Of a DNA stretch of 64,000 bases, positions 9,529-19,216 are shown piece by piece (the first letter of the stretch is position 1; each line of letters begins with the position of its first letter). This DNA comes from Nitrospirales bacterium (GTDB taxonomy: Bacteria > Nitrospirota > Nitrospiria > Nitrospirales > UBA8639). The notes under the pieces are model-generated. The model saw only the letters and a program-made list of their open reading frames with translations, was not told where the DNA came from and did no database searches. The stretch is taken from NCBI GenBank assembly GCA_963555755.3, contig OY820905.2, forward strand, positions 96,001-160,000, in the 5' to 3' direction. A program made the position numbers and the translations under genes.

Positions 9529-9889
9529 TGATGCCTCCCTGTGGTTGACATTATTCGGTGATGGTCTTTTCACTGAAACGATACTCGCATGATTGTCCCA
9601 CGCTCAAGGCACAACTCAAGGGTGTCTTTTCTTGTATCCCGCGAGGTCATGCTCGTGTCTTGACTTTCTGAGACATCCATTAATTATACCTGGTCCCGTT
9701 GAAATATGAGAGGCAGCTTCGAAAAAATTTCAATCTAGAAATATTGGGGGAGGAGGAAATATTTAAGAAAGTTTTGATCGGTGGAAAGGTTGATGCGGAA
9801 GGAAAGAGCGAATCAGGTTTAGCTTGCTCTGTCCTTCCGCCTTATTAAATAGGCCAAGGGTTGCCCCAAGGCAATGGTAGCCTTTTCTT

Positions 9890-10291
9890 TCAGGCCGCTT
9901 GGCTGGCTGTGTTCGCCTCAGGGTGCAGATGAAAGACCTTGTTCATGATCTTCCATTCCCCGTCGACTTTGAGCAGGGTGAATAAGTCGGTGAACCGGTA
10001 ACCGGTCCAGTTGTCGAGTTCCAGTCGCACGGTGGCAACGGTGTCAATCAGGTCTATGCTGGCGATCCGTGCTTTTAGGCCCGCTGCCGGTCCGTTTTGG
10101 TCATTCCAGGCAAAGAGGTGCTCGATTGGGCCTGCGAATAGGTCTGCACCAACATACCCAAAGATCGTCGCGTCTTTGTGGAAAGAGGGTTTCATGTCAT
10201 CGCCTTTGCCGGACTTGGCCCCATCGAGGTAAGGCTGGATGGCTTTTGCGATCGCGTCATACTCGATTACATTTGTTGTTGTGTTACTCAT
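9890..10291 (-). CDS. NTF2-like / putative lumazine-binding protein
   Basis: FTDLFTLLKVDGEWKIMNKVFH C-terminus. Confidence 0.85.
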   Translation of the reverse strand: MSNTTTNVIEYDAIAKAIQPYLDGAKSGKGDDMKPSFHKDATIFGYVGADLFAGPIEHLFAWNDQNGPAAGLKARIASIDLIDTVATVRLELDNWTGYRFTDLFTLLKVDGEWKIMNKVFHLHPEANTASQAA

Positions 10292-10363
10292 GATTCTTTA
10301 CTCCTTTATTAGTTGTAGGGACTTTTGAAAGAGTCCCAGATTTTTTTGTTTGTTAATAATTTC

Positions 10364-11112
10364 CTAAACCTGAATCATTCCGCCGTCAGCCACGAGGTCG
10401 GCTCCGGTGAAGTAACTCGCATCGTCAGAGGCGAGAAACGCTGCGGTCGCGGCGATTTCTTCTGGCCTGCCCGGGCGACCGAGCGGCGTCTGTTGAACAA
10501 TCTGGGCTCCGAACGCTTCGAGTTCGTCTTTGCTCAGACCAAGTTTGTCCACGAGCGGCGTTTGGATAAGCCCCGGGCTGACGACGTTCACCCGAATGCC
10601 GCGAGGCGCGAGTTCCGCCGCCAGCGTTCGTCCCAGCGAACGCACGGCCGCTTTCGTAGCCGAATACACGCTCGTTCTCCGTAGCCCGGACTGCGCCACG
10701 ACGGAGGCGTTGAGAATGATCGACGCCCCTTCCGAGAGAAGCGGCAGGGCTTTTTGAACCGTGAAGAACAGACCGCGCACATTGATGTTAAATAGCCCAT
10801 CGAAGTGTTCTTCCGTCACCGCTTCGATCGGAACAAATGGTGCAATTCCTGCGTTAGCAAACAGCACATCGATACGGCCGAATTGTTTTTGTACCTGGCG
10901 AACAAACGGTCCAAATCATCCAGGTTCGCCACATCACCCCGGATGCCCGTCGCCCGGTCACCGAGTTCGGCCACGGCAAGTTCCAATGCCTCCTTGTTGC
11001 GGCCGGTGATCACGACCTGTGCACCGTCTGCTATGAACCGCTGAGCGGTGGCTAATCCGATTCCGGTGCTCCCACCGGTAATTACTGCGATTTTGTTATT
11101 CAAATTTCCCAT
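10364..11112 (-). CDS. Short-chain dehydrogenase/reductase, frameshifted near 10895 (possible sequencing error)
   Basis: TGGSTGIG in one frame; NAG and YSATK in another; one extra C restores LFAQVQKQFGRIDVL. Confidence 0.85.
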
Positions 11113-11163
11113 TGCGTTTTCTCCTTTTTGTTTTTGTTTCCGATTACGGATGCCTTTTTATTT

Positions 11164-11568
11164 TTAAATGTTGAGCGCAAGGAATGGCTGGCGCTCGCCC
11201 TTGACATACCGAAGGACATCGATGGTATCGATGAACACGGACAGACTGTCCAAGACAATCACGGTCATCAGCCAATACCCAAAGGCGCTTTCTGCCGGGG
11301 CAAAGTCCAAACTCAACCACAGCAAGAACACCAGAGGAATCCAACCGATATGACCAATTCCCATCAGACGGACAAACCCCCTTTCGCTGAAAATGACTGA
11401 CATAATCACCAGGCCAACGATGGCCGTCGCCAAGACGATCTGCGCTTCCATCGTATCAATGAAAAATAGCGGCATGACTATGTTGGCCGTCACGAGCGCG
11501 CCTAACCAGACCTGCCAATGGATTGGCATGATCAGCATCGTCTTCGTGAAATTTATCATTGCCTTCAT
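11164..11568 (-). CDS. Small four-helix membrane protein
   Basis: Four hydrophobic segments; RBS ggagg. Confidence 0.75.
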   Translation of the reverse strand: MKAMINFTKTMLIMPIHWQVWLGALVTANIVMPLFFIDTMEAQIVLATAIVGLVIMSVIFSERGFVRLMGIGHIGWIPLVFLLWLSLDFAPAESAFGYWLMTVIVLDSLSVFIDTIDVLRYVKGERQPFLALNI

Positions 11569-11915
11569 TTGTCTATCCTCCTTTCCAGGTCATGCTCCCG
11601 TCCGGTTCCCCGGGGAGGGAGTATAAAACCAGCATCTTCTAAAGTCTTACCCGATACCGTGGACCATTGAGGATGACCAGGTATTTCTTGCATCAGGGTG
11701 TAAAGGGAAAACCCTGCGACTTGAGTCGAGCCTTCCTGCCTTCCTACATAGAACGCGGGAGCCAGCTGCGCTTTGCCTTGTATGCCTGTCCTCTGGCGCA
11801 AGCGCAGTCGACCTTGTTCCTTTAAAACAAGAACCAAGTTCCCCGGAATCTTCCTTGTTAAATTTCGAGTATCACTTGGGCTAGATTTTGTCATGATTCC
11901 CACCACATGCTCCAA
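11565..11915 (-). CDS. Hypothetical protein (start uncertain)
   Basis: ORF whose stop overlaps the next start (ATGA). Confidence 0.5.
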   Translation of the reverse strand: MEHVVGIMTKSSPSDTRNLTRKIPGNLVLVLKEQGRLRLRQRTGIQGKAQLAPAFYVGRQEGSTQVAGFSLYTLMQEIPGHPQWSTVSGKTLEDAGFILPPRGTGREHDLERRIDK

Positions 11916-11962
11916 AGGCTCGGAGGCCGTTTCACTGTTATGTTGTCAGTTTTGTTAGTGAG

Positions 11963-11997
11963 AAAAAGGCCCGTGGGCTTTTTACCCACGGGCTTTT
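11963..11997 (-). terminator. Intrinsic terminator after the YHS gene
   Basis: gcccgtggg/cccacgggc stem flanked by A/T tracts. Confidence 0.75.
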
Positions 11998-12007
11998 CCC
12001 GTTTCCA

Positions 12008-12466
12008 TTAGAGATCAGACGGGGCTTTATCCCAGATCTCTTTCCAATTCGAGTTCGCTGTTTTGATGTAACCAGGAATATCCTCATTCCATTTACCTTG
12101 AATGTCTCGATCCAAGTTCAGATAGAGTTTTCCATTGACGATCTTCCACACCTGTGGATCGGCCACGAACTTCTTGCCCACTGCTACGCCATAGGCGCAC
12201 CACCCACCATAGGCTGGGACGTACTTACTTGGATTGGCTTCGAACAAATCCTTGTTCTCTTCCGTGGCAAAGGCATAGGACACGCCTTGGTAATCTGCCA
12301 CGTTGTACCCATTGCCCTTGGTCGGTTTGCCATCTGTGAAGTAGGCGACCGGGTCATAGCCACTGATCCCCGGTGTGTTGTGGGTGTAATCTTGTGCCAA
12401 CACCGGAGTGGCCACGACCGCGACCAACAGGGCAACGGCTGGTAAGAATGTTTGTACGACTTTCAT
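12008..12466 (-). CDS. YHS domain-containing secreted protein
   Basis: Signal peptide; GYDPVAYF, YVPAYGGWCAYG, GKLYLN. Confidence 0.9.
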   Translation of the reverse strand: MKVVQTFLPAVALLVAVVATPVLAQDYTHNTPGISGYDPVAYFTDGKPTKGNGYNVADYQGVSYAFATEENKDLFEANPSKYVPAYGGWCAYGVAVGKKFVADPQVWKIVNGKLYLNLDRDIQGKWNEDIPGYIKTANSNWKEIWDKAPSDL

Positions 12467-12508
12467 GGTGAATCTCCTTGACTGCGGTTAAGGTTGTTGT
12501 GTTTTATG

Positions 12509-12524
12509 TATACAGATCTGTATA
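12509..12524. promoter_or_regulatory. Putative TetR operator
   Basis: Perfect 16-bp palindrome tatacagatctgtata between the divergent YHS and TetR genes. Confidence 0.75.
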
Positions 12525-12620
12525 TTTATAAATTCATAGTCACGATGAGTGAAAAAACGTTACAGAAATTTTTAAACACATACCCTGTAATGGAAATTCA
12601 TGATGTGATAGTGTTTTCTA

Positions 12621-13208
12621 ATGAGAGCGAAACTTCCCAAACTGTCTAAAAGAGACCAGCTGATTCAGACCGCCGTAAAACTCTTTGCCAAAAACGGGTT
12701 TCATGCTACGGGGGTGGATACGATTGTGGCTGAGTCCGGTGTGACCAAGCGCACGCTTTATGCGCACTTTCGTTCAAAGGAAGAATTGGTCTTGGCGGCT
12801 CTTCGACAATATGACGGGGTGTTTCGAAATGAGTTTATGCGGAGGGTAGAGGAGTCGGCGAAAACTCCACGGGCAAAACTTTTGGCAGTGTTTGATGTGA
12901 TAGAACACCGGGTCAAGCAAAACAACTTTTATGGGTGTATGTTCATTAACGCGATTGGGGAATATTCAGAAAATGACACTCCAATTCGAAAGGAATGCAA
13001 AGAATATAAAGACTTGATGAGAGGATATATCAGGGACCTCTGTGAGCAGGCTGGAGCATCAGATCCCAAGGAGTTGGCCGAGGAAATGACGTTGTTACTG
13101 GAAGGCGCGATTGTGACGGCTCAGGTCTCTCAAAACCTGTCGGCGGCAAAAATTGCAAAAAGAGCCGCCAAGACTTTGATCGAAAAAGCTATGCCAAAGA
13201 AGGATTAA
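12621..13208 (+). CDS. TetR/AcrR family regulator
   Basis: GFHATGVDTIVAESGVTKRTLYAHFRSKEEL HTH; GCMFIN. Confidence 0.95.
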   Translation: MRAKLPKLSKRDQLIQTAVKLFAKNGFHATGVDTIVAESGVTKRTLYAHFRSKEELVLAALRQYDGVFRNEFMRRVEESAKTPRAKLLAVFDVIEHRVKQNNFYGCMFINAIGEYSENDTPIRKECKEYKDLMRGYIRDLCEQAGASDPKELAEEMTLLLEGAIVTAQVSQNLSAAKIAKRAAKTLIEKAMPKKD

Positions 13209-13423
13209 TAAGAGCGGCCACTGACCCGGAAGAGAAAGAAATAGGGTCAGACACGAATTGTTTCACGACAGAAGCGGTTCAAAAGGGTGGGTTGTACAGG
13301 GATCCAACCTGTGACCCACTGCTATGTTTCAGAAACATTTCCAAGGTTTGAACCTAGGGCAGCTAGATTCTTTTTTCGAGTATCACTTTCTGCAAAAACA
13401 CATTTGCAGAAAAGGCTTCTGTG

Positions 13424-14119
13424 TTATCGAATGTCTCGGAAAAAGGCAGGAGCGAGGACAGGCAAGCGAAACTCAACGCTGAGAATAATCAGGAACACGC
13501 GGGCGAGGCTGCGCCAGATGCCCATTTGGACGAACTTGCGGGAATCGGTGATTACCGGTGGATCGAGCAGGATTGGTGATGCGTGTTTTATGAGTTGTTC
13601 GCAGAATGCAACGTCTTCAAGGATTGGCTGGTTGGGAAATCCACCGAGTTGCTGAAACAGTCTCTGACGGACGAATAGCGCTTGATCGCCGTAAATAATT
13701 CTTGAATAGCGACAACGGAAATTGTCCAGCCAGGACACAACGCGAAGGCGCCAATCGTCTCCTGAGAACTGATGCGAAAACCCACCGGCTTGAATGGATG
13801 AATCGTCTTTCATCGTATTGATGCGCTGAATGCCGTTCGTAGGAAGGACGGTGTCTGCATGCAAAAACAAAAGCCAATCATCGGGTTGAGTCCCATTCGA
13901 GCTAGCATGTCGTGCCCCGGCATTCATCTGTGACGCGCGTCCTTTGGAGGCCGTTAACACCGTGATGCCGGGTATATCTCGTGCAATCTCCTGGGTGCGG
14001 TCCGTGCTCCCTCCGTCCACGACTATGATGTCATACGCTCCTTGCTGTCGATGCAGCGAGGTGAGCGTACTGTGCAAGACCTTTTCTTCGTTGTAGGTGG
14101 GAATGATAACTGAGAGCAT
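13424..14119 (-). CDS. GT2 glycosyltransferase, TIGR04283-like
   Basis: SVIIPTYNE, DGGSTD, GRASQMNAGA, LFLHADT, YGDQALF, TDSRKF. Confidence 0.9.
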   Translation of the reverse strand: MLSVIIPTYNEEKVLHSTLTSLHRQQGAYDIIVVDGGSTDRTQEIARDIPGITVLTASKGRASQMNAGARHASSNGTQPDDWLLFLHADTVLPTNGIQRINTMKDDSSIQAGGFSHQFSGDDWRLRVVSWLDNFRCRYSRIIYGDQALFVRQRLFQQLGGFPNQPILEDVAFCEQLIKHASPILLDPPVITDSRKFVQMGIWRSLARVFLIILSVEFRLPVLAPAFFRDIR

Positions 14120-14121
14120 TC

Positions 14122-14766
14122 TTAACTCACCGGCGTGTGGAGCCACTTTGGAAGGAGTTGTTGTTGCGTGGCGAGGTATTCGTTTGGATCTTCATCAATG
14201 TCATCGAAACGTGACTGTAAGGTCAGCACTAATGAGTTCGTCAATAGTAAATACGGCTCGGCCTTGTGTCGCAGCTCGTCATGGTCAGTCGTCCCATCTG
14301 TGATGGCTTGATCAAGGACTCGGGTTCCAAAGCCATGGTGGGCTTCTTCTTGGTGAAGCAACACGTTGCAAAGTCTTTGGAACGGCGCACCTCGTTTCTT
14401 TAGCCCTGCTTCTAGTTTGAGGAGAATGGCTTCTCCCAGACTTTCTAAAATCACTTGTTCCGCCACGATTGTTTCAAGGAAATCGTTTCGATCGAGCGCA
14501 TTCAGGATCAATCTCTCGTATTCGGTCAGCGGTGTATATGGTTCGGCGTGCGTGTGGTGACGGGGGTCAATCCACAAGGCTGCTTGAGAAAACACTGTGG
14601 CGTGAAATGCTTCTTGTCGAGCTTGGCTGGTAAGGAAGCGACGCATCTTTGGCGTTGGGGCCAACCTGGCTTGTGCGGCGGCGCAATGATGAGCCAGGCG
14701 CTCCCCCAATTCTAAAAACCGCAGCAGCTCGGCTAATGGGCGGCGTTCGTCAGGGCGAACCAGCAT
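14122..14766 (-). CDS. Ferritin-like diiron protein
   Basis: E...QEAFH and E...QEEAHH carboxylate/His pattern; helical. Confidence 0.75.
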   Translation of the reverse strand: MLVRPDERRPLAELLRFLELGERLAHHCAAAQARLAPTPKMRRFLTSQARQEAFHATVFSQAALWIDPRHHTHAEPYTPLTEYERLILNALDRNDFLETIVAEQVILESLGEAILLKLEAGLKKRGAPFQRLCNVLLHQEEAHHGFGTRVLDQAITDGTTDHDELRHKAEPYLLLTNSLVLTLQSRFDDIDEDPNEYLATQQQLLPKWLHTPVS

Positions 14767-15784
14767 AAACCCTCTCCAATGGGTTGAGTCGCGTTGGCGT
14801 CATTGCAGCTTGAATGGGGTGGCGAAGCACTGAGCTGATGACCCGGCTGCACAGCATGTTGCACGATGATTGGTCGGAGCAGTTGCGGATACCATTGGTA
14901 TCAAAGCGTGACAGGATCTGAGGGAGCGATTGTTCAAGAAGATTGCCGGCATGCTTAAGGGCGAGACAGGGTGCCACATTACCGGAGGCATCAATCGCAA
15001 TGCTGTACTTTCCGGCATCGCAGGGCGCTAAAGATTTGCCGCTTAACCATGTGATGTTATCGTGGAGGTATTGGCGAAAGTAGCCTGATGGGACTAGGTC
15101 TGATTCAACCACCTGTTCAAAAACTTTACGGGCCACCGTCCGTTCGTACTGTAACGTCAGATCAACTTTTCCGTAGCGTTCGATATCCCAGTGGTACGCC
15201 CCGATGACTGGAATACATCCGTGTGCCCGTGCAAACCGAGCGACATCTAATACATCGTGCCTATTCTGGTCGCTCACAATGCAGGTGATGTACTTGGGGT
15301 GTGGATAGTTCTGTAAGAGTTCAATCCCATTTAACACCTCCGGTAATTGGTCTCTTCCTCGAATGCGTTGATACCGCTCGCGGTGTAGGGTGTCTAGGCT
15401 GATGGAAATGTTTACATTCAGTGGCTCCAATCGGTCAATCAGCGATTCCGTGAATTTGGTCCCATTCGTGATGAGTGTCAGGTGGAATCCTATGCTTGCC
15501 AAGTCCTCAAGAATCTCCGGAAGGTCGCGACGAACGAGCGGCTCACCACCTTGCACAAACACAAAGCGAAGCCCTTCTTCATACAGATGGCGAAACACTC
15601 GTCGAATTTCGTCACGCGTCATTTCATAACGACCTTGATTCAAGGGCAGGTCACAGTAGCCACAGGCAGAATTGCATCGGAGGCACACTTCCAAGATGGC
15701 CAAAAGTGGACGGCCAGCCAATAAGTTTGTCAAGGGTCTTGTGAATTGATTGATCAAGTGCATGAGTGGTCTCGAAATAGACAA
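14750..15784 (-). CDS. Radical SAM enzyme with SPASM/Twitch-like C-terminus
   Basis: CNSACGYC, GGEP, and PCDAG...VAPC...CSDQSSCNMLC. Confidence 0.92.
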   Translation of the reverse strand: MSISRPLMHLINQFTRPLTNLLAGRPLLAILEVCLRCNSACGYCDLPLNQGRYEMTRDEIRRVFRHLYEEGLRFVFVQGGEPLVRRDLPEILEDLASIGFHLTLITNGTKFTESLIDRLEPLNVNISISLDTLHRERYQRIRGRDQLPEVLNGIELLQNYPHPKYITCIVSDQNRHDVLDVARFARAHGCIPVIGAYHWDIERYGKVDLTLQYERTVARKVFEQVVESDLVPSGYFRQYLHDNITWLSGKSLAPCDAGKYSIAIDASGNVAPCLALKHAGNLLEQSLPQILSRFDTNGIRNCSDQSSCNMLCSRVISSVLRHPIQAAMTPTRLNPLERVYAGSP

Positions 15785-15809
15785 TACCTTCGACTAGGAT
15801 CTTTCTAAA

Positions 15810-15844
15810 CCCTCGCCCCTGAGGGGAGAGGGAAGGGTGAGGGG
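15810..15844. repeat. REP-like palindrome
   Basis: ccctcgcccctgaggggagagggaagggtgagggg. Confidence 0.65.
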
Positions 15845-15871
15845 TTCGCTTATGAAGAAATTACCATACCA

Positions 15872-16675
15872 TTACGAAGAAGGCGTGATCTCAATGTGTT
15901 GAATGATACCTGTATGAAACACCATCTGAAATAATTGAGAAATGTGCTCTTGCGAAAAATTTGGATGCGCTTCAACCGCGGAATGGAGAGCCCTTTCGAT
16001 AGACTGTCCTTCATTAAGTGCCGTGAGAACGGAAAACTCAGCTTCTCCGACTTCGTTGATGTAGATCTGTCTGTCCTTTTTATACAAGAGAAGAAGCTGG
16101 GGATGATCCCATTCCGCTGGAGGTTTGCCTTCATGAGGCGTTCCCCGAAGTTTCCAGAGATCGTAAATAGCATATCGCGAGGCAAAAAGGCGAACGGCTT
16201 GGCCGAATCGAAACCGAATGGTCGCATCTTCGGTTAATGACTGAATTCGATCAGGAGCGACCGACTCATGTTGCTTGGTGTGAAACAGTTCTTTAAAGAG
16301 CCATTCATACCGCGCCAGGTCACCCAAAAAAGGAAGGTCGGGGAACGGAGACACCTCATCCAGAAACTCCGGGAATTCTTTTCCATATTTGGATAAATTG
16401 TATGTCGTCGATGGCCGCGCTTGAATAAAATGTTTCGTGAGGGCAAAGAAATCTTCATCCCCACATACCCACCACACAGCCTCGAATGTTTCGCCTAATG
16501 CCTCGGTTAATCGAACGGTGACACCATTGGCATAGACACCGATAGCATCCGGACCGGTCAATGTTCCCCCTGGCGTCAAGGTATCGAGTAGGCGAGGATA
16601 ACTCTCGCTTTGATCTCCCTCAAGGGCCGCTTGGCTAAACAGTTGTTGATAGTCTTTGAGCGTCAGTCGATCCAT
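15872..16675 (-). CDS. DUF2063 family MNIO partner protein
   Basis: IGVYANG...LTEALGETF, YGKEFPEFL, DLARYEW; overlaps the DUF692 gene. Confidence 0.88.
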   Translation of the reverse strand: MDRLTLKDYQQLFSQAALEGDQSESYPRLLDTLTPGGTLTGPDAIGVYANGVTVRLTEALGETFEAVWWVCGDEDFFALTKHFIQARPSTTYNLSKYGKEFPEFLDEVSPFPDLPFLGDLARYEWLFKELFHTKQHESVAPDRIQSLTEDATIRFRFGQAVRLFASRYAIYDLWKLRGTPHEGKPPAEWDHPQLLLLYKKDRQIYINEVGEAEFSVLTALNEGQSIERALHSAVEAHPNFSQEHISQLFQMVFHTGIIQHIEITPSS

Positions 16676-17501
16676 GATGGCTTTCCCAAATGTTGCTGGC
16701 TTTCTTGGCTTCTTCTTCAAGGCGTGGAAATTCCGGAATGTCATCGTCCCATTCAATCAACACGGGAACCTCGGGTGCGCGAGCAATTACATGAGAAAAT
16801 AACTGCCAGACTTCCGGGTAGACTTGCTTGGAGTGAGTATCGAAGAGGTATGTGCCCATATCGGAATATCCGGCCAAGTGGATTTGGCCAATCAACTCAG
16901 TGGGCACCGCATCCAAATAGGTTAACGGGTCGAAGTGATGGTTTTGTGAATTGACGTACAGATTGTTGACATCGAGAAGAATGTGACACCCGGACTCCCG
17001 TGCAATCAGCGTGAGGAATTCCCATTCGGTATACGGACAATCCGGGAACGAGACATAGGTCGAGACGTTCTCTAGTAGGATCTGGCAGCCAAGAGAATTT
17101 TGAACTGTATCAATATTGTTGAGGATGGTCTGGCGTGCATCATCCGTAAACGGAAAGGGCAACAGGTCGTGAAGGTTCGCGTCTTGTAGACCGGTCCAGC
17201 ACAAATGATCCGAAACAATAAACGGCTGGATGCGGTCCACGAGGCGCTTCAGCCGTTGAAGATATTCGGAGCGCAGGCCCTCGCTGGATACAATGGATAA
17301 CGACACGCCATGAAGGGCCACGGGATAATCCTGACGGATGGATTCCAGCATCTCCAGGGGCCGTCCCTCGGAATCCATATAGTTTTCAGTGAGGGCTTCA
17401 AACCAACGAACGCAGGTCTTCGGACGTTCGTGTAGATACGGGTAATGCGTGGGCCGGAGTCCAACACCGATCATGGGATGTGGGGAGGGTGAGGTGGTCA
17501 T
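16635..17501 (-). CDS. DUF692 multinuclear non-heme iron oxidase (MNIO, MbnB/TglH/ChrH family)
   Basis: GVGLR, HGVSLS, SDHLCW, LLENVS, LLDVNN, QIHLAG, DTH, LIEWDD. Confidence 0.95.
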   Translation of the reverse strand: MTTSPSPHPMIGVGLRPTHYPYLHERPKTCVRWFEALTENYMDSEGRPLEMLESIRQDYPVALHGVSLSIVSSEGLRSEYLQRLKRLVDRIQPFIVSDHLCWTGLQDANLHDLLPFPFTDDARQTILNNIDTVQNSLGCQILLENVSTYVSFPDCPYTEWEFLTLIARESGCHILLDVNNLYVNSQNHHFDPLTYLDAVPTELIGQIHLAGYSDMGTYLFDTHSKQVYPEVWQLFSHVIARAPEVPVLIEWDDDIPEFPRLEEEAKKASNIWESHHGSTDAQRLSTTV

Positions 17502-17600
17502 AAAACTCTCATATTCACGTGTAGTCGACGTAACGTTCAAAATATTACACTGAGTCCTATGGTGGTGAAATCGATAGAGGGACAAACCAATGGTTCATTC

Positions 17601-17671
17601 TGTCATTTCGACCAGAGGGAGAAATCTCTCCTGGCCCGAGGGGAGATCTCTCACATCCGTTCGAGATGACA
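17601..17671. repeat. Palindromic intergenic repeat
   Basis: tgtcatttcga...tcgagatgaca termini with internal gagaaatct/agatctctc. Confidence 0.7.
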
Positions 17672-17689
17672 ACCTCAAGAACTGAATAG

Positions 17690-18466
17690 TTAAGGCGGAA
17701 TGCCATTCAAATTCCAATTATAGTCTAAGAATTCTACCTGATAGCCCCCGGCTTGTAACTCTTTGGCAAGCACGGGGTCTTGAACGAATTGGCTGACATA
17801 GTGGGTGAGCGAACCTGAGCGAGCCACGAAGTCTTCGGTAAACCAATCGAAAATTTTTGACAGGTAGGCGACCTTTTGTTCCCGATCAAAGCGATTCCGT
17901 GTGGGATCGTTGATAAACCGACGAGCGCTGTCGTTGAGTTGTTCCTCGAGCTGCTCGGCTGTATAGGCCCAGGAGCGTAGTTTGGGGCAAGATTGCGACG
18001 CACACACAATCGCAAAGTGAATACGGGGCTCGCGAAAATTCTGGATGAGGATCTTTTTCTCAAGATTATTCAAATTGAGAGTCTCTCCACCGACCATATA
18101 CTCCCGTCCAATAAAATATCGATATTGCCCAATTTTAGTGCGGGGTGAATAGCCATCCAGAATCCCTTTAATGGCAAAGGCGTTGTATGTGTTAATCCAG
18201 AAGGCCAGCCGGTCGTTTCGCGTGGGCAGGGCATTTGGATTCACTCGATTCAACTGGTCCAAATACACACTCAATCGTGAGTCCCTGGAAAGGCTAGGGT
18301 ATTTGACCACTCCATCCGAAACGTGATCTTTCAGCGCTCCATTGAAAACAGCATGGGAGAATTCCTGAGGCTCAATAGGCTGTTGAGGATGAAACGATCT
18401 AGGAACTGTTGAACAGCCGGAAAGGAAAAGTAAGAGAAATAAAAAAATGGTGATCCAATTTTTCAT
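17690..18466 (-). CDS. DUF547 lipoprotein
   Basis: Lipobox LSGC; LAFWINTYNA, EPRIHFAIVCASQSCP, LSKIFDWF, YNWNLN. Confidence 0.93.
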   Translation of the reverse strand: MKNWITIFLFLLLFLSGCSTVPRSFHPQQPIEPQEFSHAVFNGALKDHVSDGVVKYPSLSRDSRLSVYLDQLNRVNPNALPTRNDRLAFWINTYNAFAIKGILDGYSPRTKIGQYRYFIGREYMVGGETLNLNNLEKKILIQNFREPRIHFAIVCASQSCPKLRSWAYTAEQLEEQLNDSARRFINDPTRNRFDREQKVAYLSKIFDWFTEDFVARSGSLTHYVSQFVQDPVLAKELQAGGYQVEFLDYNWNLNGIPP

Positions 18467-18512
18467 GGCTTGTGGCCCATAAGTTTGTCAATTTACCGTA
18501 TCAGTCCACGGT

Positions 18513-19045
18513 TTGTCATTCTCGCGCTACCGGGTCAGGCGATGGCTCATACAATTCTGAACGCGGGAATCCAGAGTTCCGCGCTTCGAATATTTGCTTC
18601 ATTGTAAAAAAAAGGTTCACCCCTGGAGCCCTGCTAACAATTGCGGGGAGGCCTAACAGGGTTTCTACATCCTCGCAACCTTCTTTAAGGCTGCCAGTCG
18701 TCTTGAGCAGTTTCCGACGTGACCAAAGCTTCACCAACATTTCCCTACTTTTGATGCTGCCTAGTCCTTCCATTCAGGAGAGTGTTACACCCAGTCAATG
18801 GAATTGGAATGGCGAGGAGGTAAGATGCAAACGAGAAGAGGTCTGCAAGTTAACTTAATGGAGCGCACAGGACAATCACCGCGATGTGAAAAGAGGAAAG
18901 GGTTTTCTGGAAACAAAGAATTTGATCAACAATCAAGATGTCATATCTTATGAACCAACCTGCGGCCTTTCACCCGTGTCCCGTCATTCTCGCACTACAG
19001 GGCAAGACGAGTCACCACAAAGGTTTGAATGCGGGAATCTAGAGT
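18513..19045. repeat. Two related gtcattctcgc...gcgggaatc palindromic repeats (about 18513-18574 and 18982-19045)
   Basis: Shared termini with about 40-nt variable centres. Confidence 0.6.
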
Positions 19046-19216
19046 TTCGAACTCAGCGACTAGATGCCGGCTTACCACCGTGGGCATGCCAGACAAAGGA
19101 TGATAGGCATTCGGGTTGGGGGTAAGATTATCGTGTCTGACTGCCATGGGTCTCTTGCATCGCGTTGTCCGATTCCGCACAATAGTCAAGTTTTAATTAA
19201 CTTGACGAGGTGTCCT

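Noticed and set aside
10816..10900. Programmed frameshifting in the SDR (also at about 6480, 24235 and 35030)
   Set aside because: Each is fixed by adding one base to a short homopolymer; more consistent with sequencing error or decay
12008..12466. Selenocysteine in the YHS protein
   Set aside because: The GGWCAYG position is an ordinary Cys and there is no in-frame TGA
18516..18773. 85-aa ORF as the MNIO precursor
   Set aside because: Only one Cys, no signal peptide or repeated core, and it runs through a repeat and the predicted RNA structure
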